Notes under the pieces: model-generated
Told to the model about the DNA's origin: nothing
Seen by the model: the letters and a program-made list of their open reading frames with translations, nothing else
Databases searched by the model: none
Part shown: positions 19,518-28,909 of the stretch, piece after piece
Position numbering within the stretch: the stretch's first letter is position 1
Layout: every line of letters begins with the position of its first letter
Assembly: GCA_964597545.1 (NCBI GenBank)
Contig: CAZQXN010000008.1
Span: 733-64,732 of the forward strand
Direction: 5' to 3'
Origin: an uncultured Planctomycetia bacterium
GTDB taxonomy: Bacteria > Omnitrophota > Gorgyraeia > 1-14-0-20-64-10
DNA length: 64,000 bases
Translations under genes and position numbers: made by a program

Positions 19518-20734
19518 AGAAAAAAACTAGACCTAAGAAGCCGCCTTCCAAGAAGCCCTCTGCCAAGAAGTCGTCTGCTAAGAAGTCCTCTGCCAAGAAG
19601 CCAGCGCACAAGCCAAAGGCAGCTGAGAAGATGGTAAGACGAGGAGCAGTCCTTTCCCCTTCGGAATATCGTTTAACCGAGAGCACCTGGCCGGGGGTGA
19701 TCGAGAAGTACCGAGCGTTTCTTCCGGTAAGCGCAAGTACCCCGGTGATGACCCTTCAGGAGGGCAACACCCCGCTGATTCCGGCCTTTGCCCTTTCCAA
19801 TCGGTTGGGCAGGGGCATCCGGGTCTTCTACAAGTGCGAAGGGTTTAATCCGACCGGTTCCTTTAAGGACAGGGGCATGACGCTGGCGCTCTCCAAGGCC
19901 AAGGAGGAGGGAGTGCGGGCGGTGATCTGTGCCTCCACAGGCAATACCTCTGCTTCGGCGGCGGCTTACGCTGCGCGGGCGGGACTCAAGTGCATCGTTT
20001 TACTGCCCGAGATGGGCATTGCGCTGGGCAAGTTGGCTCAGGCCTTGGTGCACGGCGCCCAGGTGCTGGCGGTCAAAGGGAACTTCGATGAGGCGCTGGA
20101 GTTGGTGCGGCAGGTCACTCAAGAAACCCCCATCGTACTGGTCAACTCCCTCAATCCCCATAGGATCGAGGGACAAAAGACCGGGGCCTTTGAGATCTGC
20201 GATGCCTTGGGCCGCCAACCGGATTATCACGTCATCCCTGTAGGCAATGCCGGCAACACCACCGCTTACTGGCGCGGCTACAACGATTATTTCAAGGCCA
20301 ACAAGATCGACGGGCGTCCCCGGATGCTCGGATTCCAGGCGGCAGGGGCTGCCCCCTTGGTCTTAGGCAGGGCGGTCGCAAAGCCGGAAACCATTGCCAC
20401 TGCCATTCGGATCGGCAATCCGGCCAGCTGGGAAGGGGCCATGGCAGCCAAGAGTGAGTCCGGAGGGTTCATTCGATCCGTGACCGACCGGGAGATCTTA
20501 GAGGCCTATGCTTTTTTGGCACAGCGCGAAGGACTCTTTGTGGAGCCGGCCTCTGCCGCAGGTGTCGCAGGGATGCTCAAGCTGAGCAAGAAAGGGTACT
20601 TCCGAAAGGGAGCGATCATCGTTTGCGTGCTGACCGGCCATGGATTAAAGGATCCGGAGCGGGCGGTGAAGAGCGTGGTGACCCCCAAGGTGATTTCCCC
20701 TAAATTAGGCGTTGTCTTAAACGAAATCGGCTAG
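19514..20734 (+). CDS. thrC: Threonine synthase with Lys-rich N-terminal extension
   Basis: EGNTPL, NPTGSFKDRG (PLP Lys), CASTGNTSAS, PVGNAGN, TGHGLKD. Confidence 0.96.
   Translation: MKKKTRPKKPPSKKPSAKKSSAKKSSAKKPAHKPKAAEKMVRRGAVLSPSEYRLTESTWPGVIEKYRAFLPVSASTPVMTLQEGNTPLIPAFALSNRLGRGIRVFYKCEGFNPTGSFKDRGMTLALSKAKEEGVRAVICASTGNTSASAAAYAARAGLKCIVLLPEMGIALGKLAQALVHGAQVLAVKGNFDEALELVRQVTQETPIVLVNSLNPHRIEGQKTGAFEICDALGRQPDYHVIPVGNAGNTTAYWRGYNDYFKANKIDGRPRMLGFQAAGAAPLVLGRAVAKPETIATAIRIGNPASWEGAMAAKSESGGFIRSVTDREILEAYAFLAQREGLFVEPASAAGVAGMLKLSKKGYFRKGAIIVCVLTGHGLKDPERAVKSVVTPKVISPKLGVVLNEIG
19535..19609 (+). repeat. Five tandem 15-bp units (AAGAAG-N9) encoding KKxxx repeats
   Basis: aagaagccgccttcc aagaagccctctgcc aagaagtcgtctgct aagaagtcctctgcc aagaagccagcgcac. 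Confidence 0.85.
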
Positions 20735-20744
20735 ACACTCCTCG

Positions 20745-21953
20745 ATGAAAACAATCCTGTTGGTATGTGACGGAATGGCGGATGAGCCCCATGAGAAGCT
20801 GGAGGGGCTGACCCCATTGGAAGCGGCCAGAACGCCGGTCATGGATGAAATCGCTGCTCACGGCAAGGTGGGCACGGCACGAACCATCCCAGAGGGTTTC
20901 ACCCCTTCCAGCGATGTGGGCAACCTCTCCATCTTGGGCTTCGACCCCAAGCGCTACTACTGCGGCAGGGGGCCGCTGGAGGCAGCCCATCTGGGGATCA
21001 AGCTCAAGGAGGGGGAGGTGGCCTTCCGGGCCAACCTGGTCACTGCCGACGGGGATCAACTGATGGATTATGCCGCCGGCCACATCTCAAGCGAAGAGGC
21101 TGCCACCCTCATTCGTCATGTTGGGAAACAGCTGGATCCGGCAAGCGTCCAGTTCTATCCGGGTGTGAAGTATCGACACCTGGCGGTCTTTCGCGATCCC
21201 AATCTTTCCGATGCATTGCTCCAAACGCAATGCAAGGCTCCGCACGACATCATGGGCTGGAAGATTTCAGAGCATTGGCCTACGGGACCCGCGGCGGATC
21301 GCTTGATTCGCATGATGGAGGCTTCCCGCGAGATTCTCTCGACCCATGAGGTCAACCAGGTGCGCGTTGATCTGAAAGAGAACCCCGGCAACCTCCTCTG
21401 GTTTTGGGGGCAGGGGAAGCGGCCGGAGTGGGACTCCTTCAAGAAGCGGTTCGGGGTCAGCGGTTCGGTGATCTCGGCGGTGGATTTGGTCCGGGGAACC
21501 GGGTTGTTGGCGGGGCTTAAGGTGATCAACGTTAAAGGGGCCACCGGCTACTACGATACCAACTACGCTGCCAAGGCCGATGCTGCGATCGAGAGCCTTA
21601 AAAAAGAAGATTTTGTCTTTGTCCATGTGGAGGCAGCCGATGAAGCCGGCCATGCCGGGGATCTCCGGCAGAAGCTGGCGGCCATTGAGAACTTTGATGC
21701 GCAGGTGGTGGGACGCATTTGGAAGCGGTTTAAGACGCTCAAGGAGATTCGGATCCTCTGCATCCCGGACCACGCCACTCCGGTTGCCAAGCAGCGCCAC
21801 ACAGCCGATCCGGTTCCTTTCTTTGTGTATGGCAAGGGGATTCCTTCCAACGGGGTCAAGCAGTTCTCAGAAAGCCAAGCGCGCCAGAGCGGTTGGCGGG
21901 TTGAGGAGGCGCATCGGATCCTTCCGGAACTCTTTACCGCTCGGGAGATTTAA
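20745..21953 (+). CDS. apgM: Cofactor-independent phosphoglycerate mutase, ApgM type (proposed homoserine kinase family)
   Basis: DGMAD..TPLEAARTP, GRGPLEAA, HVEAADEAGHAGD, PDHATP; embedded in hom-thrC-lysC. Confidence 0.88.
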   Translation: MKTILLVCDGMADEPHEKLEGLTPLEAARTPVMDEIAAHGKVGTARTIPEGFTPSSDVGNLSILGFDPKRYYCGRGPLEAAHLGIKLKEGEVAFRANLVTADGDQLMDYAAGHISSEEAATLIRHVGKQLDPASVQFYPGVKYRHLAVFRDPNLSDALLQTQCKAPHDIMGWKISEHWPTGPAADRLIRMMEASREILSTHEVNQVRVDLKENPGNLLWFWGQGKRPEWDSFKKRFGVSGSVISAVDLVRGTGLLAGLKVINVKGATGYYDTNYAAKADAAIESLKKEDFVFVHVEAADEAGHAGDLRQKLAAIENFDAQVVGRIWKRFKTLKEIRILCIPDHATPVAKQRHTADPVPFFVYGKGIPSNGVKQFSESQARQSGWRVEEAHRILPELFTAREI

Positions 21954-21957
21954 ACCC

Positions 21958-23220
21958 ATGGTTCTTTTGGTTCAAAAATTTGGAGGCTCCTCGGTTTCCA
22001 GTACTGAGCGGATTTGCCGGGTGGCACAGCGCATCTGTCGCAGTCGACGGGCCGGGCACCAGCTGGTGGTGGTGGTTTCGGCACTCGGGGATACCACCGA
22101 CGAGCTCACCGATCTGGCTTCACAGGTGACAAAAAATCCGCCGGAGCGCGAGATGGACATGCTCTTGGCCACAGGGGAGCAGGTTTCAGCGGCGCTGCTG
22201 GCGATGGCCATTCAGTCGCTGGGGGTCAAGGCCGCTTCATTTACCGGTGCCCAGGTGGGGATTGTGACCGACCGCGCGCACACCAAGGCCAAGATTCAGG
22301 CCGTCAGCGCGCAAAGAATCAAGCAGGCGCTGGCCAAAGGCTTTGTCGTGATCGTTGCCGGTTTCCAAGGGATGACCCCGGACCATGAGATCACCACCCT
22401 GGGGCGCGGCGGATCGGATCTGACCGCCGTGGCTTTAAGCTCAGCCCTTAAGGCCAAGGTGTGCGAGATCTACACCGATGTGGAAGGGGTCTATACGGCC
22501 GATCCTCGAATCGTGCCCAATGCGCGCAAACTTTCTGCGATTAGCTATGACGAAATGCTGGAGTTGGCCTCGCTGGGTGCCCAGGTCATGCAGGCTCGCT
22601 CCATGGAAGTCGCCAAGAAGTATCAGGCCAAGCTCCACTTGCGTTCCAGTTTCAGCAGGGCAGCAGGAACTTTGATTTCTAAGGAGGTAAAAGCGATGGA
22701 ACAGATGGTAGTCAGCGGCGTCACCCTGCAGAAGGATGAAGCCAAGGTGACGATCTGCGACGTGCCGGACCGGCCCGGGGTTGCCGCAACGATCTTTAAC
22801 CGCATCGGGCGAGCCAACATCAACGTGGATGTGATTGTGCAGAACGTCAGCCGCACCGGATCAACCGACGTCTCCTTCACCGTTGCTCGGTCGGATTTAA
22901 GACGAGTGCTCCAGGTGGCGCGCCGGGTTGCCAAAGAGATCAAGGCGGGCCGAGTCATCCGTGACGACGGCATCGCCAAGGTCTCCATTGTGGGACTGGG
23001 GATGCGCTCACACTCCGGTATCGCTGCCAAGATGTTCCAAGCGTTGGCCGAGAAGTCGGTCAACATCGGCATGATCTCCACCTCTGAGATCAAGGTCTCT
23101 TGTATCATCCGCAAGGAGCAGGCGGTCAAGGCTGTCCGTGCCATCCATGATGCCTTCGATTTAGGTACGGTGGGGGTTAAGCCTGCGTTGGTTCGGGCCA
23201 AGAAAAGAAAGAAGCGCTGA
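21958..23220 (+). CDS. lysC: Aspartate kinase
   Basis: VQKFGGSSV, TTLGRGGSD, YTDVEGVYTADPR, two ACT domains. Confidence 0.96.
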   Translation: MVLLVQKFGGSSVSSTERICRVAQRICRSRRAGHQLVVVVSALGDTTDELTDLASQVTKNPPEREMDMLLATGEQVSAALLAMAIQSLGVKAASFTGAQVGIVTDRAHTKAKIQAVSAQRIKQALAKGFVVIVAGFQGMTPDHEITTLGRGGSDLTAVALSSALKAKVCEIYTDVEGVYTADPRIVPNARKLSAISYDEMLELASLGAQVMQARSMEVAKKYQAKLHLRSSFSRAAGTLISKEVKAMEQMVVSGVTLQKDEAKVTICDVPDRPGVAATIFNRIGRANINVDVIVQNVSRTGSTDVSFTVARSDLRRVLQVARRVAKEIKAGRVIRDDGIAKVSIVGLGMRSHSGIAAKMFQALAEKSVNIGMISTSEIKVSCIIRKEQAVKAVRAIHDAFDLGTVGVKPALVRAKKRKKR

Positions 23221-23224
23221 CGCC

Positions 23225-24841
23225 ATGGCACGAAAAATCGTTTTGTATGACACCACCTTACGGGACGGCGCTCAGACCGAAGGGATCTCCCTAACGGTCA
23301 CCGATAAGCTCCAGATCGCCCAGAAACTGGATGCGTTAGGCATCCCCTACATCGAGGGAGGCTGGCCCGGCTCCAACCCGAAGGAGATGGAGTTCTTCAA
23401 GAAGGCCAAGCGCTTAAAGCTTAAGCGCGCAGTGATCACTGCCTTTGGTTCAACGCGGCGGGGCAACACCCAGGCAGCCAAGGATCCTCAGATCCAGTCT
23501 CTGCTTCAAGCCCAGACCCGTGTGGTTACCATCTTCGGCAAAAGTTGGGATCTTCACGTTCGGGATGCCCTGCGTGTTTCCATGGATGAGAATCTCCGGA
23601 TGATTGCCGATTCAATCAGCTTCTTGAGGCGCAAGGGGCGTATTGTCTTTTATGATGCCGAGCACTTCTTTGATGGTTTTCGCGCGAATCCGGCCTATGC
23701 CCTCAAGACCCTTGAGGTGGCCGCAGAGAGTGGTGCGGCCACTTTGATTCTGTGTGATACGAATGGGGGTTCGCTGCCCAACTTCATTGGGCAGGCCGTG
23801 ATCGAGGTGCGGGAAGCCGTGGATCTTCCGCTGGGGATTCATTGCCACAACGACATGGAGTTAGGGGTTGCCAATTCTGTGGCTGCGGTTGAGGCGGGGG
23901 TGGTCCATGTGCAGGGGACGATCAACGGCTACGGCGAGCGCTGCGGCAATGCCAACCTCTGCTCTGTCATTCCGGTGCTTCAGCTTAAGCACAACTACTC
24001 CTGTTTGCCGGCCAACCGCTTAAAGACCTTGACCCAAGCCTCACACTTTGTGGCCGAAGTGGCCAACATGCGCCCAGAGGACAACCAGCCTTTTGTGGGA
24101 ACCTCCGCCTTTGCCCACAAGGGCGGGGTGCACATCAACGCGGTGCTCAAGAACCCCAAAACCTATGAGCATGTCGACCCCAAGGCTCTGGGCAACCGCC
24201 GCCGCCTGCTGGTCTCTGAGATGGGGGGCAAGAGCACCATCCTCTCTCGGGCCAAAGAGCTTAATCTCAAGATGGCCAAGGACCCAGAAGAGGCCAAGCG
24301 GTTTTTGAAGCAGGTGCAGGATCTGGAGGCCAAGGGATATCACTTTGAGGCTGCCGAGGAATCTTTTGAGCTGTTGATGCGCCGGGCCTACAAGCGGTTT
24401 AAACGGTTCTTTGCCTTAGAGAGCTTCAGGGTCGTAGTGGAGAAAGATGCCAAAGGGGAGGTGCTCTCCGAGGCCACCATCAAGCTCAAGGTCAAAGGCA
24501 AGATTGAACATACCGCAGCCTTGGGAGACGGTCCGGTCCATGCGCTCGACCAGGCGCTGCGCAAGGCGCTGTTGCCCTTCTACCCGCAGTTGGCCACCAT
24601 GCATTTGGTTGATTTCAAGGTGCGCGACCTCGAGAGCCAAGCTGGAACCGGTGCTCGGGTCCGAGTGTTGATTCAATCCCAGGATTGCGAAGACAGTTGG
24701 TGGACCATGGGGGTGGATCAGAACATTCTCGAAGCCAGCTGGCAGGCCTTGATGGATTCGGTCGAATACAAACTGCTCAAGGACAAAGGGTCTGGCTCTT
24801 TTGCGCGGCGCACCGCAACGGGTGGGCGAAAAAGTGCCTGA
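23225..24841 (+). CDS. cimA: Citramalate synthase
   Basis: DTTLRDGAQ, YIEGGWPGSNPK, YDAEHFFDG, HCHND, GYGERCGN, FAHKGGVH. Confidence 0.92.
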   Translation: MARKIVLYDTTLRDGAQTEGISLTVTDKLQIAQKLDALGIPYIEGGWPGSNPKEMEFFKKAKRLKLKRAVITAFGSTRRGNTQAAKDPQIQSLLQAQTRVVTIFGKSWDLHVRDALRVSMDENLRMIADSISFLRRKGRIVFYDAEHFFDGFRANPAYALKTLEVAAESGAATLILCDTNGGSLPNFIGQAVIEVREAVDLPLGIHCHNDMELGVANSVAAVEAGVVHVQGTINGYGERCGNANLCSVIPVLQLKHNYSCLPANRLKTLTQASHFVAEVANMRPEDNQPFVGTSAFAHKGGVHINAVLKNPKTYEHVDPKALGNRRRLLVSEMGGKSTILSRAKELNLKMAKDPEEAKRFLKQVQDLEAKGYHFEAAEESFELLMRRAYKRFKRFFALESFRVVVEKDAKGEVLSEATIKLKVKGKIEHTAALGDGPVHALDQALRKALLPFYPQLATMHLVDFKVRDLESQAGTGARVRVLIQSQDCEDSWWTMGVDQNILEASWQALMDSVEYKLLKDKGSGSFARRTATGGRKSA

Positions 24842-24848
24842 CCCTTTT
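24785..24848. repeat. AAAGGGTC..GACCCTTT palindromic repeat supplying the cimA C-terminus and stop
   Basis: AAAGGGTCTGGCTCTTTT ... AAAAGTGCCTGACCCTTTT; right arm is the reverse complement of 58102-58120. Confidence 0.8.
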
Positions 24849-24873
24849 TTTCTTTAGTACGCACGCGGATAGC

Positions 24874-27681
24874 ATGACGCTGCCCTCTGTTTATAATCCT
24901 CATGATGTAGAGGAGCGCTGGTACAGTCTCTGGGAGAAGGAAGGTTACTTCCGCCCCTGTACCGACGCGGCCAAAACTCCTTTTACCATCGTCATTCCTC
25001 CCCCCAACGTGACCGGCATCCTCCACATGGGGCATGCCCTCAACAATACCCTCCAAGACATCTTGATTCGGTACCGACGAATGGCCGGGTGCCGCGCCCT
25101 TTGGGTGCCGGGGACCGATCATGCCGGTATCGCCACACAGAATGTGGTGGAGCGCAAGCTCGCCCAGGAAGGGATCAATCGCCACGACTTGGGACGCGAC
25201 GCCTTTGTAAAACGGGTGTGGGAGTGGCGCAAGGAGTATGGCTCCACCATTGTCAGGCAGCTTAGGAAACTCGGATCCTCCTGCGATTGGGAGCGGGAGC
25301 GGTTCACCATGGACGAGGGGCTTTCCTGCGCGGTAGAGACCGCCTTCTTAAAGCTCTATGAATCGGGCCTGATCTACCGGGGCCACTATCTGGTCAACTG
25401 GTGTCCGCGCTGCCACACTGCACTCTCAGATGAAGAGGTTCAGCATGAGGATGTAAAGGGCAACCTCTGGGCCATTCGCTATCCCGCGGCTGACAACAAG
25501 GGGGAGGGCATTGTGGTGGCCACCACCCGGCCCGAGACCATGCTCGGAGACGTGGCGGTGGCAGTCCATCCTGCAGATAAGCGCTACCAGAAGTTGGTGG
25601 GCAGCGCTGTACAGCTGCCCCTGACTGGCCGGACGATACCGATCATCACCGATGATGCCGTGGGCCAAGAGTTTGGGACCGGAGCCGTCAAGGTTACTCC
25701 AGCGCATGATCCGGTCGACTTTGAAATCGGTCGGCGTCACTTAGAGCTCATCCCCAAGGATGCCAAGCGGCAGGATTGGACCTCGATTCCGATTCAAATC
25801 ATGTCGATTGACGGACGGATGACCAACGTGCCCAAGGCGTATGACGGGATGGATCGCTTCGACTGCCGCAAGCAGGTGCTCAAGGATCTTGAGGCCCAGG
25901 GGCTCTTGGTCAAGACCGAGGATTACCAAACTGCGGTGGGGCACTGCTACCGCTGTAAGACCATTGTGGAGCCCATGCTCTCGCCCCAATGGTTTGTAAA
26001 GATGGCCCCCTTGGCTAAATTGGGTATTGAGGCGGTTGAGCGTGACGGCATGCGCTTTGTGCCGGGGCGCTGGAACAAGATCTATCTGGATTGGCTTGAA
26101 CATATTCGGGATTGGTGCATCTCCCGTCAGATTTGGTGGGGTCATCGAATTCCTGTCTGGACCTGCGTCCGCTGCAACGCGCCAGAGGTCAAGGGGCACG
26201 GGGAATGGGTCAAGGAGCGCTACCAGGAGCCGGGGATGGTGGTGATGCCTCAGGCTCAGATGTCTGCAAAACCACCCACTTGCCCAGCCTGCGGCAAGAG
26301 TGATCAATGGCAGCAGGATCCTGATGTCTTAGACACTTGGTTTTCTTCCTGGCTGTGGCCCTTTTCTACATTGGGGTGGCCCGAGAAGACCCAAGACCTC
26401 GCAACGCACTATCCCACCTCGGTCTTGGTGACCGGCCAGGACATCATCTTCTTCTGGGTGGCCCGCATGGTGATGGCCGGCAAGTTCTTCTTGAAAAAGC
26501 TCCCCTTCAAGGATGTGTACATTCACGGCATCATCCGGGTGGAGGGGGGCAAGAAGATGTCCAAGTCGCTGGGGAATATCATCGATCCCCTAGAGGTGAT
26601 TGAGCGGCTGGGGACCGATGCGCTGCGCTTTAGCATTGCGCACATGACCTCAGAGGGGCAGGACCTCTATCTTTCGGAGGACCGCTTCCTGCTGGGGCGC
26701 AACTTTGCCAATAAGCTTTGGAATGCCGCCCGTCTGATCTTGGAGGGCGCAAGCCGGCGGGAAATGTCATCCCCCCGAAGCTTGCCCTCGACTCCGATCG
26801 AGGGGCGGGGATCGGATCCTCGCTTTCACGAGGATGATGCTTCGAAGGATGCATTAACGCTGGCGGATCGCTGGATCCTAAGCCGCCTCCAGCGAACCAC
26901 CCAGCAGGTGACCGAGGCCCTTGAGCAGTATCAGTTCAATGAAGCGACTCGACGGCTCTACCAGTTTGTTTGGCGGGAATTCTGCGACTGGTATCTGGAG
27001 GTTGCCAAGCTTCAGCGCCAGGAGGCCGACAAGGGCCGAGTGCAGAACACCGACCAAGTGCTTCTGGAAGTTCTAGAGGGTACACTCAAACTTCTGCACC
27101 CGTTCATGCCCTTTATTACCGAAGAGCTGTGGCAGAAGATGGCGGAGCGAAGCGGAAAGTCCCTGATGCAGGCCCCTTGGCCGAAGTCGCAAGCTGCCTG
27201 GGTGGATCAGAAGGCAGAGGATCAATTCCAAAAGCTCCAGGGGATCATCACCGAGGTGCGCAACATTCGAGCCACCTTCAGGGTTGCGGCCAAGCAGAAG
27301 GTGGATTTGATGGTGCGGGCCGGTTCCGACGATGCGCTTCTCACTGCTCATGAGAAATGGATCACACGCTTCGGGGCTGTGAACACCCTCAAGGTGGGCT
27401 CCTCGCTTAAGCGGCCGGCCGGATCGGTTGCGGCCCATCTGGGCGACTAGGACCTCATTGTCCCCTTGGCGGGGCTCGTTGAGTTAGATGTCGAGCGCAA
27501 GCGGATCGAGAAAGAGGTCAAAACCATCGAATCCCGAGCTGAAGGTAAGCGCAAGCGCTTGAAGAACGCCACCTTCCGATCCAAGGCGCCGGCAGAGGTG
27601 ATTGCCCAGGAAGAGGGGGCCCTTGAGGAGGCGGAGGCGTCGCTGCGCAAGTGGTCTGAGAGCTTGAAGCAGTTGGAATGA
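24874..27681 (+). CDS. valS: Valine--tRNA ligase, interrupted by an in-frame TAG at 27448-27450 just before the C-terminal coiled coil
   Basis: PPPNVTGILHMGHA, DWCISRQIWWGH, KMSKS; same frame continues DLIVPLAGLVELDVERKRIEKE...L.N..F..KAP to 27681. Confidence 0.93.
26765..26838. repeat. GTCATCC-type REP doublet inserted in frame inside valS
   Basis: TGTCATCCCCCCGAAG..GCGGGGATC-GGATCCTCGCTTTCACGAGGATGAT, same family as 18139 and 38169. Confidence 0.8.
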
Positions 27682-28622
27682 TGATGCGGCTTGAGAAAAA
27701 CACCATCACACCCTTGTTGACCGCTGCCCTCAAAGAGGATGTGGGGTCTCGAGATGTCACCACGGCTGCCTTGGTTTTGAGAACCGACCAGACCCGGGGT
27801 GATGTGGTGGTTCGTGAAAAAGGGGTTGTAGCAGGGCTGCCGGTTGCCGAATGGGTCTTTGGTTTGGTGGATCCCAAGATTCGCTTTAAGGCCCTGGTGC
27901 AGGATGGCCAGACGGTTTTCCCCAACAAGGCGGTGGCCTTTGTGGAGGGACCTGCCCGGGGAATCTTGGCGGCTGAGCGGGTGGCACTAAATCTCTTAGG
28001 AAGGCTTTCCGGCATCGCCACCTTAACCCGCGCCTTCGTCAATCAGGCCAAGGGAACTGATGCTCAGATTCTAGATACCCGAAAGACCACACCCGGACTG
28101 CGTTTGCTGGAACGGTATGCTGTGTCAGCCGGAGGGGGCGTGAATCACCGGATGAATCTGGGTGCCGCAGTGCTGATCAAAGACAATCACTTAAGACTTG
28201 TTGCACGCCGCAAGCCGGCAAGCACTACCTTCGCTGCCGGGAAGAAGACAAAGATCGGGCCTTCGGCGATTGAGCAGGCAGTCGCGCTTGCTCGAGAGAA
28301 GACACCCAAACAAATGTTTATCGAGGTGGAGGTCGTCTCTCTGAAAGAGTTTCGGCAGGCCCTCGCAGCCCAGCCGAATGCCATCCTTCTGGACAACATG
28401 AAGTTGGCCGAGATTCAGGAGGGGGTTCGTCTTTGCCGTGCTGTGGGCCGCTCCAAAAGCTCCGGCCCAAGAGGACGCCGGGTGATCCTGGAAGTCTCCG
28501 GCGGCGTCACCCTTAACAACGTCAAGGCAGTAGCCGCCACAGGGGTCGACCGGATTTCTGTGGGGGCTTTAACCCATTCAGCCAGAAGCCTGAATGTTGC
28601 ATTGGAGTGCATGGACCGATGA
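27678..28622 (+). CDS. nadC: Nicotinate-nucleotide diphosphorylase (carboxylating)
   Basis: ERVALNLL..LSGIAT, DTRKTTPG, LIKDNH, EVEV, LLDNM, EVSGGV, ISVGALTHS. Confidence 0.96.
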   Translation: MMMRLEKNTITPLLTAALKEDVGSRDVTTAALVLRTDQTRGDVVVREKGVVAGLPVAEWVFGLVDPKIRFKALVQDGQTVFPNKAVAFVEGPARGILAAERVALNLLGRLSGIATLTRAFVNQAKGTDAQILDTRKTTPGLRLLERYAVSAGGGVNHRMNLGAAVLIKDNHLRLVARRKPASTTFAAGKKTKIGPSAIEQAVALAREKTPKQMFIEVEVVSLKEFRQALAAQPNAILLDNMKLAEIQEGVRLCRAVGRSKSSGPRGRRVILEVSGGVTLNNVKAVAATGVDRISVGALTHSARSLNVALECMDR

Positions 28623-28909
28623 TCAAACTGGGAATCTACTTCCTTGCTGTGGGATTGATTGTCTTGGGGTCTCTTGGTTTTATCGCTGCCTTAACGATCA
28701 AGGGAAGGGTTCGGGTTGTTCTGGCATGCCTGATGGCGGCAGTCCCGATCCTTGCCGGCATTCTGCTTTTTCATAACGCCAGGATTCGACCAAGGGATTT
28801 AAGCCGTCTGGTCCGGACGACCACCCAAGATGTCAAAGCGCTGACACAAGACATTAAGGATGCTCGGGATGTCCGCAGCCAGCTTGGGGGAATCCTAGAA
28901 CGGAAGTGA
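28619..28909 (+). CDS. Small membrane protein (two TM segments plus coiled coil)
   Basis: ATGA/GTGA overlaps on both sides; hydrophobic N-terminus. Confidence 0.6.
   Translation: MIKLGIYFLAVGLIVLGSLGFIAALTIKGRVRVVLACLMAAVPILAGILLFHNARIRPRDLSRLVRTTTQDVKALTQDIKDARDVRSQLGGILERK

Noticed and set aside
19535-19609. Periodic repeats as a possible CRISPR array
   Set aside because: Units are 15-bp, in-frame and have no spacers; no cas genes or CRISPR array anywhere in the window.
21580-21957. Upstream extensions of lysC (and similarly valS, aspS, guaB3, groES) in the ORF track
   Set aside because: They overlap upstream genes or leaders; conserved N-termini and RBS positions point to later starts.
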